Below, in pieces: positions 1 through 8,294 of a stretch of 64,000 nucleotides of DNA. The notes below the pieces were generated by a model that saw nothing but the letters and a program-made list of their open reading frames with translations, had not been told where the DNA came from and did no database searches. Positions within the stretch are counted from its first letter, which is position 1; each line of letters starts with the position of its first letter. Origin of the DNA: Candidatus Vogelbacteria bacterium (lineage in GTDB: Bacteria > Patescibacteriota > Minisyncoccia > Phycocordibacterales > XYD1-FULL-46-19); contig CAIRHC010000007.1 in the NCBI GenBank assembly GCA_903878275.1, positions 78,482-142,481 of the forward strand. The letters are read 5' to 3'. Position numbers and translations under genes: made by a program.

Positions 1-65
1 CCAAAGATACTTCTTCAAGTAAGAAATAACTTTTAACTCAAAAATTTCTAAACTAATAAACTAAA

Positions 66-434
66 ATGAAAGCCTTTCTTAAAAATTATCGTGAAGCTCC
101 CCGCAAAGTTCGACTTGTGGCTGGCTTGGTGAAAGGCAAACCTGTCTCTGTCGCTATTTCCGAATTAAGTTTTTTAAGCAAGAAAGCTTCGTTGCCAATT
201 AAGAAATTGATTGATTCCGCTGTTGCCAACGCCAAAAATAATTTCAAAGCCAACACCGAAGATCTTTTTATAAAAAATATCACAATCAACAAAGGTAATG
301 TTTTGAAACGAAGTATGCCAATGTCTCGCGGTCGGGCGTTTCCGATTCACAAGCATATGAGCCACATCGAAGTGACTTTGGAAGAGAAAAAAGGGGCGAG
401 CAAGAAAGTTAAGCAAATTACTAAAAAGTGGTAG
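66..434 (+). CDS. rplV: 50S ribosomal protein L22
   Basis: 122 aa; sequence recognisably L22; first gene of the L22-S3-L16-L29-S17 run. Confidence 0.9.
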   Translation: MKAFLKNYREAPRKVRLVAGLVKGKPVSVAISELSFLSKKASLPIKKLIDSAVANAKNNFKANTEDLFIKNITINKGNVLKRSMPMSRGRAFPIHKHMSHIEVTLEEKKGASKKVKQITKKW

Positions 435-452
435 AAATTTTTAAATAATATT

Positions 453-1118
453 ATGACCCATTGCGTCCATCCATATTCCCATAGATTAGGCATCATCCGA
501 GATTGGAAATCTCGCTGGTTTGGGGTGGGACGCAAATATCAAGAATTTTTAAAGACTGATATTTTGTTGCGAGAATTTTTGACCAAGCGTCTCCGCGGTT
601 TTTATGTGGATTCTCTCGAAATGGAACGCAGTCAAAATGCTTATAAAATTTTAATCAAGACTTCTCGCCCCGGTATGATTATCGGTCGCAACGGTGAAGG
701 TGTGACCAAACTTAAAGCTGATGTTTTGGCACAAATTCGAAAACTAAAAGTAGAATTGCCAAAAGAATTTCATATTGATATTGAAGAGGTGAAGGAGCCA
801 GAAGCTCACGCCGCCATCGTCGCCTATATGATTGCCGAGCAACTTGAAAAGCGTTTACCTTTCCGACGTGTTTTAAAGCAAACGGTTGAAAAAGTTTTGG
901 CGAGCCGAAGCGTCAAAGGAATCAAGATTGTTTTGTCCGGTCGTCTTGGTGGGGCTGATATGAGCCGAACTGAAATGCTTAAAAAAGGTCAAATTCCTTT
1001 GCAGACTTTCCGTGCTGATATTGATTTTGCCAAAGAAAAAGCCAATATGTATTACGGTGCCACTGGTATCAAGGTCTGGATTTACCGCGGAGAAATTTTT
1101 AATGAAAAAGCCAAATAA
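453..1118 (+). CDS. rpsC: 30S ribosomal protein S3
   Basis: 221 aa, KH-domain S3 (VHP..RLGI..DWKSRW); gene order. Confidence 0.92.
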   Translation: MTHCVHPYSHRLGIIRDWKSRWFGVGRKYQEFLKTDILLREFLTKRLRGFYVDSLEMERSQNAYKILIKTSRPGMIIGRNGEGVTKLKADVLAQIRKLKVELPKEFHIDIEEVKEPEAHAAIVAYMIAEQLEKRLPFRRVLKQTVEKVLASRSVKGIKIVLSGRLGGADMSRTEMLKKGQIPLQTFRADIDFAKEKANMYYGATGIKVWIYRGEIFNEKAK

Positions 1119-1124
1119 AATATT

Positions 1125-1541
1125 ATGTTACTCCCGAAAAAAGTAAAATTCAGAAAGTGGCAAACAGATCGTGTCAATCCTAAAAAGAATCGATCAGATA
1201 CTCGAGGTATTACCTTGGCTTTTGGTTCGTATGGTTTGAAAGCGGAAACGGCTGGTCGCGTTCGTTCAAATCAAATTGAAGCCGCTCGTAAGACGATTGC
1301 TCGTCAGATGGGTAAGACTGGCAAACTTTGGATTCGGATTTTTCCGGACCGTCCTTTTACTGCCAAAGCCGCTGAAGTGGGTATGGGTAAAGGTAAGGGT
1401 GATCCACAAGGTTATCAGTTTCAAGTTTTGCCTGGACGGATGATTTTTGAAGTGGATGGTTTGACTGATGCGATTGCCCGTGAAGCGATGCGTAAAGCTG
1501 GTGCGAAATTACCCGTTAAGACTCGTATTGTAAAAAGGTAA
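1125..1541 (+). CDS. rplP: 50S ribosomal protein L16
   Basis: 138 aa, [12 protein letters not shown]-terminus typical of L16. Confidence 0.93.
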   Translation: MLLPKKVKFRKWQTDRVNPKKNRSDTRGITLAFGSYGLKAETAGRVRSNQIEAARKTIARQMGKTGKLWIRIFPDRPFTAKAAEVGMGKGKGDPQGYQFQVLPGRMIFEVDGLTDAIAREAMRKAGAKLPVKTRIVKR

Positions 1542-1654
1542 TGAATAATACTTGTCCCGTTAAAATTTTACATTTAGTTAAATAAATGGTAGAAATGGAT
1601 GGCGGAAATTAGTTAAGAATAACCAAAAATATTAGAAAATAAAATTTTAATGGG

Positions 1655-1840
1655 ATGAAAAAAGTTAATTTTCAAGATAAAACCGAAAAAGAATTAATGA
1701 AATTGCTGAACGACAAGCGAGAGGCTTTTACAAAATTTAAATTTGGTATTTCTGGTAGTCGAACCAAAAATGTAAAAGAAGGTCGGACATTGCGTCGTGA
1801 AATGGCCTCGATTATTACCGCTCTTGGCAAAACCAAATAA
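1655..1840 (+). CDS. rpmC: 50S ribosomal protein L29
   Basis: 61 aa, KELRE..L..LR-like helical protein; position between L16 and S17. Confidence 0.85.
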   Translation: MKKVNFQDKTEKELMKLLNDKREAFTKFKFGISGSRTKNVKEGRTLRREMASIITALGKTK

Positions 1841-1848
1841 TATATTTT

Positions 1849-2091
1849 ATGGAAAAAGTAACAAAAACAAAAATGTTGAAAGGGACGGTCGTTTCCGACA
1901 AGATGGACAAGACCGTCGTGGTTGCCGTCGAAGATTTTGTAAAACACCCAAAGTACGGTAAGTTTATGGTGCGCACTAAAAAATACAAAGCTCACGACCC
2001 AGAAAACAAGAGCAAGGTTGGAGCCGTTGTATTTATCAAAGAAGTCCGTCCAATTTCCAAAGACAAATGTTTTGAGGTCGTGTACAAATAA
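1849..2091 (+). CDS. rpsQ: 30S ribosomal protein S17
   Basis: 80 aa, [14 protein letters not shown] motif. Confidence 0.9.
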   Translation: MEKVTKTKMLKGTVVSDKMDKTVVVAVEDFVKHPKYGKFMVRTKKYKAHDPENKSKVGAVVFIKEVRPISKDKCFEVVYK

Positions 2092-2106
2092 TTCAGATAA
2101 AATAAT

Positions 2107-2478
2107 ATGATTCAACCACAATCCATTGTTAAAATCGCAGACAATTCCGGCGCCAAAATCGGACGGGTTTTTAAGATTCCGGGCGGTTCCAAAAAGCGCT
2201 ATGCTCAAATTGGTGAGTTGGTCATTTTGTCAGTGCAAATTGCCGAACCGCGCAAAGCGGTGAAAAAGAAAGAAGTTTTACGAGCGGTGGTTGTTCGTCA
2301 GCGAGCACCATTTCGTCGTGCCGATGGATCATATCTTCGCTTTGATGAAAATGCGGTGGTGGTTTTAGAAAAAGGTAAAATGGAACCAAAAGGTGGACGT
2401 ATTTTTGGACCAATTCCACGAGAAATTGCCGAACGAGGTTATCAGAAAATTGCGTCCTTGGCTCCAGAGGTTGTTTAA
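2107..2478 (+). CDS. rplN: 50S ribosomal protein L14
   Basis: 123 aa, MIQ..S.L.VADNSGAK N-terminus. Confidence 0.93.
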   Translation: MIQPQSIVKIADNSGAKIGRVFKIPGGSKKRYAQIGELVILSVQIAEPRKAVKKKEVLRAVVVRQRAPFRRADGSYLRFDENAVVVLEKGKMEPKGGRIFGPIPREIAERGYQKIASLAPEVV

Positions 2479-2488
2479 TCCTACGAAT

Positions 2489-2794
2489 ATGAAAATCAAA
2501 AAGAACGACAATGTAATAATCATCACCGGCAAAGACAAAGGTCAAAAAGGCAAAGTCTTGAAGGTTTTTCGTGAGACGGAAAAAGTTTTGGTGGAAGGCG
2601 TCAATTTAAAAAAGAAACGACAACGCCCACGAAAACAAGGTGAAAAAGGTCAGACCATCGATATGCCACACCCAGTCAGTTTTTCGAATGTTGCCTTGTA
2701 TTGTTCGAGCTGTGGCAAAGGTGTCCGTGTCGGCTCGTCTTTAAACGGCAAGAAAAAAATTCGGGTTTGCAAAAAATGTGGCAAAGAAATATAA
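2489..2794 (+). CDS. rplX: 50S ribosomal protein L24, Cys4 (zinc-ribbon-like) C-terminal variant
   Basis: KOW motif IIITGKDKGQKGKV; start chosen at internal MKIKK (the ORF-track ORF from 2393 overlaps L14); C-terminus has CSSCGK...CKKCGK. Confidence 0.85.
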   Translation: MKIKKNDNVIIITGKDKGQKGKVLKVFRETEKVLVEGVNLKKKRQRPRKQGEKGQTIDMPHPVSFSNVALYCSSCGKGVRVGSSLNGKKKIRVCKKCGKEI

Positions 2795-2800
2795 AATCAT

Positions 2801-3349
2801 ATGAATACCTTAAAGCAGAAAATCGAAAAAATAATTCCGGAGCTTAAGAAAGAGCTTGGTGTTAAAAATGTTATGGCTGTACCACGAATTATGAAAGTGG
2901 TGGTCAATTCTGGTACCGGTAAGGCTAAAGATAAAAAAAGAAATGAATTGGTGGCGAATCGTCTGGCGAAAATCACTGGTCAAAAAGCTTCACCTCGTGG
3001 TTCTAAGCAATCTATCGCCAGCTTTAAAGTTCGTGAGGGAGATATCATCGGTTACTGTGTGACTTTGCGTGGTCAAAGAATGTACAGTTTTTTGGATATG
3101 CTTTTGAGTATCTCAATTCCTCGTATCCGTGACTTCAAAGGTTATGATGCTAAATGTATTGATGAAGTCGGCAATATGACCATCGGTATCAAAGAAAATG
3201 TTGTGTTTCCACAAACTGCCGACGAAGAACTAAAAGATGTTTTCGGTTTTTCCGTCACGATTGTGACCACCGCTAAAGACAAGAAGCAAGCCCTCGCATT
3301 TTTCAAAGCTATCGGTTTTCCTTTTAAGAAAGAGATTGCAAAGAAATAA
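2801..3349 (+). CDS. rplE: 50S ribosomal protein L5
   Basis: 182 aa; typical L5 N-terminus and position. Confidence 0.92.
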   Translation: MNTLKQKIEKIIPELKKELGVKNVMAVPRIMKVVVNSGTGKAKDKKRNELVANRLAKITGQKASPRGSKQSIASFKVREGDIIGYCVTLRGQRMYSFLDMLLSISIPRIRDFKGYDAKCIDEVGNMTIGIKENVVFPQTADEELKDVFGFSVTIVTTAKDKKQALAFFKAIGFPFKKEIAKK

Positions 3350-3360
3350 AATGAAAGACA

Positions 3361-3390
3361 AATACCGCCCGACTTTCCAGTCGGGCGGTA
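3361..3390 (+). terminator. GC hairpin ataccgcccgac-tttcca-gtcgggcggtat followed by T-rich tract
   Basis: perfect 12-bp stem read directly after the rplE stop. Confidence 0.5.
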
Positions 3391-3408
3391 TTTGGTTATA
3401 ATACTATT

Positions 3409-3945
3409 ATGAAAATCGCTATTATCTCCGACACTCACGATAACGAGCTTCACGTTCAAAAATTTTTGACTTGGGCAAATGCCAATCAAATTGAAGGCAT
3501 TATTCATTGTGGTGATATCGCTCGTTCGGACACGTTGCATCTTTTACTCGACAACTTTAAAGGTTTGATTAAAGTGGTTTTTGGTAATGCCGAGCTGGAC
3601 AAGGTCGAAATGCTTAAACTTCCAGCCAAGCATCTCAATCTCGAGATTCATTCCGAAGAGGGGGAATGGACGGTCGGTAAATGGCGCCTGTATTTCACTC
3701 ATAAACCAGATCAGATAAATTCACTAGCTGAAAGTAAAAAATATGATTTTATCTTCTATGGACATACTCACAAGCCGTGGATTACCGAAAAAGCGGGGGT
3801 CTGGTTGGTAAATCCTGGGACACTGTCTGGTGCTCTGGAGCATACCAGTTTTGCCGTTTGGGACAGCGAGACCGGTAAGGTGGAATTGAAGGTTTTGGAC
3901 CAGGTGGTGCCCACCCAAAATGAAATGAAGCCACCTCTTATTTAG
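3409..3945 (+). CDS. metallophosphoesterase (YfcE/MJ0936-like phosphodiesterase)
   Basis: IAIISDTHDN..GD, GNAE.D, GHTH motifs of the calcineurin-like phosphoesterase fold. Confidence 0.75.
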   Translation: MKIAIISDTHDNELHVQKFLTWANANQIEGIIHCGDIARSDTLHLLLDNFKGLIKVVFGNAELDKVEMLKLPAKHLNLEIHSEEGEWTVGKWRLYFTHKPDQINSLAESKKYDFIFYGHTHKPWITEKAGVWLVNPGTLSGALEHTSFAVWDSETGKVELKVLDQVVPTQNEMKPPLI

Positions 3946-4068
3946 GGGGTTTCGAGGCTGTCGAGCCGAGAATTTCAGGATTTTTTAAGCTTCGAAAAAT
4001 CTGTACCCTAAATAAGAGGGTGGCAAGTGAACATTTTGTGGCTGGGCACTAGATATTGCTAGTTTTCG

Positions 4069-4097
4069 TTGACAGGCAAGGCTCTTCTTGCTAGGAT
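4069..4097 (+). promoter_or_regulatory. sigma70-like promoter candidate (TTGACA-17 nt-TGcTAGGAT) upstream of rpsN
   Basis: hexamers and spacing read from sequence in the 155-bp gap after the inserted gene. Confidence 0.35.
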
Positions 4098-4132
4098 AGA
4101 AAGTGGCTCTTAGGAGCCTTATTAATTTATTT

Positions 4133-4318
4133 ATGGCTAAAAAATCCGTTATTGCCCGGGCTCAAAAGACCCCAAAATTTGCTTCGCGCGTCGTGCGCCG
4201 TTGCTTTAAATGTGGTCGCAAAAGAGCCTATATGCGAGATTTTGGCTTGTGTCGTATTTGTTTCCGAGAGTTAGCCAATGAGGGCAAAATTCCAGGAGTA
4301 AGAAAATCATCATGGTAA
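4133..4318 (+). CDS. rpsN: 30S ribosomal protein S14 type Z (zinc-binding)
   Basis: 61 aa from internal MAKKS start; CFKCGRK...CRIC Cys4. Confidence 0.88.
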   Translation: MAKKSVIARAQKTPKFASRVVRRCFKCGRKRAYMRDFGLCRICFRELANEGKIPGVRKSSW

Positions 4319-4704
4319 CAGACCCAATCGCCGATTTTTTGGTTCAATTAAAAAACGCCAGTTCTGCCAAGAAAGAATATGTGGTGGCGCCTTTTTCTAA
4401 TGTTAAGATGGAAATCGCCAAGCTTTTAGAAAGAGAGGGTTATATTCAAAATGTTTCGCAAAAAGGGAAAAAAGTTAAAAAATATTTATACTGTGAATTG
4501 GTCTATGGCGAAAAAAGTCCAAAGATCAATGAATTCAAAAGAGTGTCCAAGACTTCCCGCCGAGTTTATGTCGGAGTTCACGATTTAAAACCAGTTCGAC
4601 AAGGTTTTGGTTTGGCGGTGGTTTCGACCTCAAAAGGTCTGATGACTTCCGGTGAAGCCCGAAGGGAAAAGATTGGTGGAGAATTAATGTTTAATCTTTG
4701 GTAA
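4312..4704 (+). CDS. rpsH: 30S ribosomal protein S8
   Basis: 130 aa, [12 protein letters not shown] typical S8. Confidence 0.92.
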   Translation: MVTDPIADFLVQLKNASSAKKEYVVAPFSNVKMEIAKLLEREGYIQNVSQKGKKVKKYLYCELVYGEKSPKINEFKRVSKTSRRVYVGVHDLKPVRQGFGLAVVSTSKGLMTSGEARREKIGGELMFNLW

Positions 4705-4714
4705 AAATAATTTT

Positions 4715-5251
4715 ATGTCACGAATCGCCAAACAACAAATTACCTTGCCGGAAAATACCACTGCGACTATCGCTGATGGTACTTTTGCGGTAAAAGGGAA
4801 GCTTGGCGCATTGAGTCGTTTGTTTCGTCGTGAAGTAAAAATTTCTATCGAGGGTTCGGAAGTCAAAGTTGATCCAGTCGGCAAATCTATTACCGCCAAT
4901 GCGATGTCTGGCACGACGGCTTCTCATATTAAAAATATGATTGAAGGTGTGTCGAAAGGTTTTGAAAAGAAATTGATTATCGAGGGCGTCGGTCTTCGTT
5001 ATAATTTAAATGGTAATAAAATCAAATTAGATATTGGTTTTTCTCATCCGGTTGAAGTGGAGATTCCTGATGGTTTGAAAGTGGTGATTGAAAAAAGCAA
5101 TATGACCATTACCGGTTTTGACAAAGAGTTGGTCGGTAGTTTTGCCGCCAAGCTTCGTTCCCTGAAAAAAGCCGAACCATATAAAGGTAAAGGTATTCGT
5201 TATTCTGACGAGGTCGTTCGACGTAAACAAGGTAAGAAAGCCAGTGCCTAA
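4715..5251 (+). CDS. rplF: 50S ribosomal protein L6
   Basis: 178 aa, MSRIAKQQITLPE.. typical L6. Confidence 0.92.
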   Translation: MSRIAKQQITLPENTTATIADGTFAVKGKLGALSRLFRREVKISIEGSEVKVDPVGKSITANAMSGTTASHIKNMIEGVSKGFEKKLIIEGVGLRYNLNGNKIKLDIGFSHPVEVEIPDGLKVVIEKSNMTITGFDKELVGSFAAKLRSLKKAEPYKGKGIRYSDEVVRRKQGKKASA

Positions 5252-5259
5252 AAACTAAT

Positions 5260-5634
5260 ATGAAAGTCATCCGATTTAAAACTCAAAAAGAAAAAAACAC
5301 TCGTCGACATTTGCGTGTGCGAGCGAAAGTTTCTGGTACCGCGGAAAAGCCTCGCTTGTCGGTTTTTCGTTCCAATAAAAATGTTTTTGTTCAGCTGATC
5401 GATGACGCTTCTGGTAAGACCTTAGTTTCAGCCAGTAATACCGAATTGAAAGCCAAGAAAAGTGCCGATGCTTTTGTCAAAGTTTTTCAAGCCAATGAGG
5501 TTGGAAAATTGATTGCCGAAAAAGCGGTCGCCAAAAGTATTACCAAGGCTGTCTTTGATCGTGGCGGTTATCGTTTTTCCGGTCGGGTAAAAGCGGTGGC
5601 GGAGGGTGCTCGTGACGGCGGATTGACTATTTAA
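5260..5634 (+). CDS. rplR: 50S ribosomal protein L18
   Basis: 124 aa, RLSVFRSNK..VQLIDD motif. Confidence 0.9.
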   Translation: MKVIRFKTQKEKNTRRHLRVRAKVSGTAEKPRLSVFRSNKNVFVQLIDDASGKTLVSASNTELKAKKSADAFVKVFQANEVGKLIAEKAVAKSITKAVFDRGGYRFSGRVKAVAEGARDGGLTI

Positions 5635-5642
5635 AAAAAATT

Positions 5643-6212
5643 ATGGAAACCACTAAACCAACAACAACCAATAGACCACAGACCGGAGGTTTTGCTAGTC
5701 GCAAACCAGAAGGTTTTCGCCCGCGCCGATCTGGCGGTGATCGAAAATTTACCGAACGAGAAAAACCAGAATTTGACCATAAAGTCATCAATGTTCGTCG
5801 GGTGGCGCGTGTTGTCGCCGGCGGTCGTCGTTTTAGTTTCTCGGTCGTTGTTGTGGCTGGTGATCGTAAAGGGCGAGTTGGCGTTGGTATCGGCAAGGCT
5901 GGTGATACTTCGCTTGCCATTGAAAAAGCTCTAAACAAAGCGAAGAAAGAGATGATTCGCGTGCCTTTGACCGACAACAAATCAATTGCTCACGAAGTTG
6001 AAGCCAAATTTAAAGCCGCTCATATCATTATTCGTCCAGCCAAAGGACGAGGTTTGATTGCTGGTAGTTCGGTTCGCGTTTTGCTCAATTTGGCTGGCGT
6101 CAAAGATGTGAATGCAAAAATTTCTTCACGCAGTAAAGATAAATTAAATATTGCTCGGGCGACCATTATTGCTTTGTCTAGTTTGCCGAAGACCAATACA
6201 AAATCTGCCTAA
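5643..6212 (+). CDS. rpsE: 30S ribosomal protein S5 with ~45-aa Arg-rich N-terminal extension
   Basis: S5 dsRBD/core motifs (RVVAGGRRFSF.V..GD..GRVG.G.GKA). Confidence 0.9.
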   Translation: METTKPTTTNRPQTGGFASRKPEGFRPRRSGGDRKFTEREKPEFDHKVINVRRVARVVAGGRRFSFSVVVVAGDRKGRVGVGIGKAGDTSLAIEKALNKAKKEMIRVPLTDNKSIAHEVEAKFKAAHIIIRPAKGRGLIAGSSVRVLLNLAGVKDVNAKISSRSKDKLNIARATIIALSSLPKTNTKSA

Positions 6213-6232
6213 AGAAAAATAATTTTAATACT

Positions 6233-6664
6233 ATGCAACTACACGAATTAAAACGAAAAAATAAAAACAAGACCAAAAAAATAATTGGTCGTGGCGGTAA
6301 GCGTGGCACGACTTCTGGTCGGGGAACCAAGGGTCAGAAAGCTCGGGCTGGACGCAAGCTCCATCCGGAAATTCGTGATATGATTAAGAAGATTCCAAAA
6401 CTTCGAGGTTATCGTTTTGGGACCGTTGAGCCAAAAGCTTTTCCCTTAAATCTTTATATGATTGAGCGGACTTATTCGGCTGGTGAGACCGTTTCGCCTC
6501 AAACTTTGGTGCTCAAAAAAGTGATGACCAAAAGTGGCGGTAAATTCCCAGAAGTCAAAGTTCTCGGCTCTGGTAGTTTGACCAAAAAAATCATTGTGGC
6601 TGGTTGCGAAGTTTCGGCTTCGGCTCGGGAAAAAATCGAAAAAGTGGGCGGGGAAATAAAATAA
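6233..6664 (+). CDS. rplO: 50S ribosomal protein L15
   Basis: 143 aa, GRGGKRGTTSGRGTKGQK Gly/Arg-rich N-terminus. Confidence 0.9.
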   Translation: MQLHELKRKNKNKTKKIIGRGGKRGTTSGRGTKGQKARAGRKLHPEIRDMIKKIPKLRGYRFGTVEPKAFPLNLYMIERTYSAGETVSPQTLVLKKVMTKSGGKFPEVKVLGSGSLTKKIIVAGCEVSASAREKIEKVGGEIK

Positions 6665-6665
6665 T

Positions 6666-7937
6666 ATGTTGACAGCATTTTTTAATAAACTCAATTTAAT
6701 CTTAAGCGACAAAAGTTTAAGAGGCAGAATCCTGTTTATTGTTGGTGCTTTGGCTGTTTTTCGTTTTTGTGCCGCTATTCCAATTCCTGGTGTTAATGTT
6801 TTACAGCTTGAGAAATTTTTAAGCAACAACCAGTTTTTTGGTTTGTTGAATATTTTGTCTGGTGGTGGTTTGTCCAATCTTTCAATTATGATGCTTGGTG
6901 TCGGGCCGTTTATTACGGCGTCGATTATTATGCAACTTTTGACGATGGTTTCGCCGAAATTGAAGCAACTTTACCACGAAGAAGGACAAATGGGGCGACG
7001 TAAAATTGCCCAATACTCTCGTTTGCTGACTGTTCCGCTTGCTTTTTTGCAAGGTCTCGGTTACTTGGTCTTGCTCGAAAAACAAGGTATTTTGATGAAT
7101 CTAACTAGTTTTGAAAAATTAATAAACATTATCGTCATCGTCGCTGGCTCACTTTTGATTATGTGGATTGGTGAATTGATTACCGAATACGGTATTGGCA
7201 ACGGTGTCTCGATGATTATCTTCTCTGGTATCGTGTCTCGTTTGCCGTCGGCGATGTCTGAACTCGCCGTGACTTTTGAACCATCCCAAGCCCCAATGCT
7301 CCTTGGTTTTGGCGTGCTTATTGTGCTGGTCTTGGCGGGCATTGTTTTTATGACCGAAGCCGAGCGACCAATTCCGATTACTTATGCCAAGCGGGTGCGG
7401 GGGATGAAAGTTTATGGTGGCACTTCCACTTATTTACCGATTCGCGTCAATAATGCTGGTGTGATGCCGATTATCTTTGCTTTGTCGATTATTTTGTTCC
7501 CGCAAATGATTGCCAATTTTTTGGGTGCTTATGGTGGTGCCACCAAAACAGTTGCTGATTTTCTCAATGCCTTTTTTGCCAATCAATGGTTTTACGGCGC
7601 CTCTTATTTCTTGTTGGTCTTTGTCTTTACCTATTTTTATTCCGCGATTACTTTCGATCCAGAATCAATGGCGGTCAATTTGCAGAAAAATGGTGCTTTT
7701 ATCCCTGGTGTTCGTCCTGGTAAACCAACCGAAGAATATGTGACTAAGATTTTGACTCGTTTGACTTTGGTCGGCGCACTTTTCTTGGGTACGGTGGCGT
7801 TGTTGCCGATTATCCTCAAAGGTTTGACCGGTATTGCTACTCTGGCGATTGGCGGAACTAGTATTTTGATCGTCGTCTCGGTGGCGATTGAACTAGTGAA
7901 GCAGATCAATGCGCAGATTTCGATGAGAGAATATTAG
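6666..7937 (+). CDS. secY: preprotein translocase subunit SecY
   Basis: 423 aa multi-TM; position after rplO. Confidence 0.92.
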   Translation: MLTAFFNKLNLILSDKSLRGRILFIVGALAVFRFCAAIPIPGVNVLQLEKFLSNNQFFGLLNILSGGGLSNLSIMMLGVGPFITASIIMQLLTMVSPKLKQLYHEEGQMGRRKIAQYSRLLTVPLAFLQGLGYLVLLEKQGILMNLTSFEKLINIIVIVAGSLLIMWIGELITEYGIGNGVSMIIFSGIVSRLPSAMSELAVTFEPSQAPMLLGFGVLIVLVLAGIVFMTEAERPIPITYAKRVRGMKVYGGTSTYLPIRVNNAGVMPIIFALSIILFPQMIANFLGAYGGATKTVADFLNAFFANQWFYGASYFLLVFVFTYFYSAITFDPESMAVNLQKNGAFIPGVRPGKPTEEYVTKILTRLTLVGALFLGTVALLPIILKGLTGIATLAIGGTSILIVVSVAIELVKQINAQISMREY

Positions 7938-7947
7938 AGAGGGTAGG

Positions 7948-8112
7948 CATTTGAGTGTAACTTTTAAAACCACAGAAAAAGCCCCAGCGGGGCTTTTTCC
8001 TTTGCTTCAAGTCGCCATTTCGCCCTCGTTCGCCAAAGGCGAACAAAAACAAAGGGCGAAAACCATGCTGGCGATAATTCCGCAGAGGTTTTTAAAAGTT
8101 ACACTCAAATGC
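7948..8112. repeat. 25-bp inverted repeat (gcatttgagtgtaacttttaaaacc / ggtttttaaaagttacactcaaatgc) enclosing ~115 bp with nested hairpins
   Basis: arms read directly; the overlapping ORF 7951..8244 is probably spurious. Confidence 0.6.
7976..7998 (+). terminator. rho-independent terminator aaaaagccccagcggggcttttt after secY
   Basis: GC stem + T run. Confidence 0.6.
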
Positions 8113-8140
8113 CTTGTGGTGTGGGAAGGTTGGAGGCTAA

Positions 8141-8168
8141 AACCGCCCGAGGCAAGCCTCGGGCGGTT
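8141..8168. repeat. REP-like palindrome family 1 (aaccgcccgaggc-aa-gcctcgggcggtt)
   Basis: the same or near-identical palindrome recurs at 8879, 9763, 12655 and 19758; related ACCGCCC stems at 3361, 28789 and 39371. Confidence 0.6.
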
Positions 8169-8202
8169 TAGTTATCCACCGTTATCTTTCCAAAAATCTA
8201 GC

Positions 8203-8229
8203 GGGGGGGGGGGCTTTATTTGTTATACT
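8203..8229 (+). promoter_or_regulatory. poly-G(11) tract + extended -10 (TGtTATACT) promoter module
   Basis: G11 at 8203-8213; TATACT at 8224-8229; the module is conserved upstream of 9915 and 19947. Confidence 0.5.
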
Positions 8230-8294
8230 AAAATTAATTATTAGTTTTTTAACAATTAATCAGGTTGGTCTTTGAAAAGGCTGACCAAAAAATA

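Noticed and set aside
1672-2208. 178-aa minus-strand ORF
   Set aside because: It is antisense to rpmC/rpsQ with no recognisable features; a shadow ORF.
5627-5980. 117-aa minus-strand ORF, also 5692..5934 plus-strand alternative frame
   Set aside because: It overlaps rpsE; the Arg/Pro-rich low-complexity translation is typical of shadow frames.
7951-8244. 97-aa ORF downstream of secY
   Set aside because: It is composed of the inverted-repeat, terminator and REP/poly-G promoter region, has no RBS, and looks low-complexity. Treated as non-coding.
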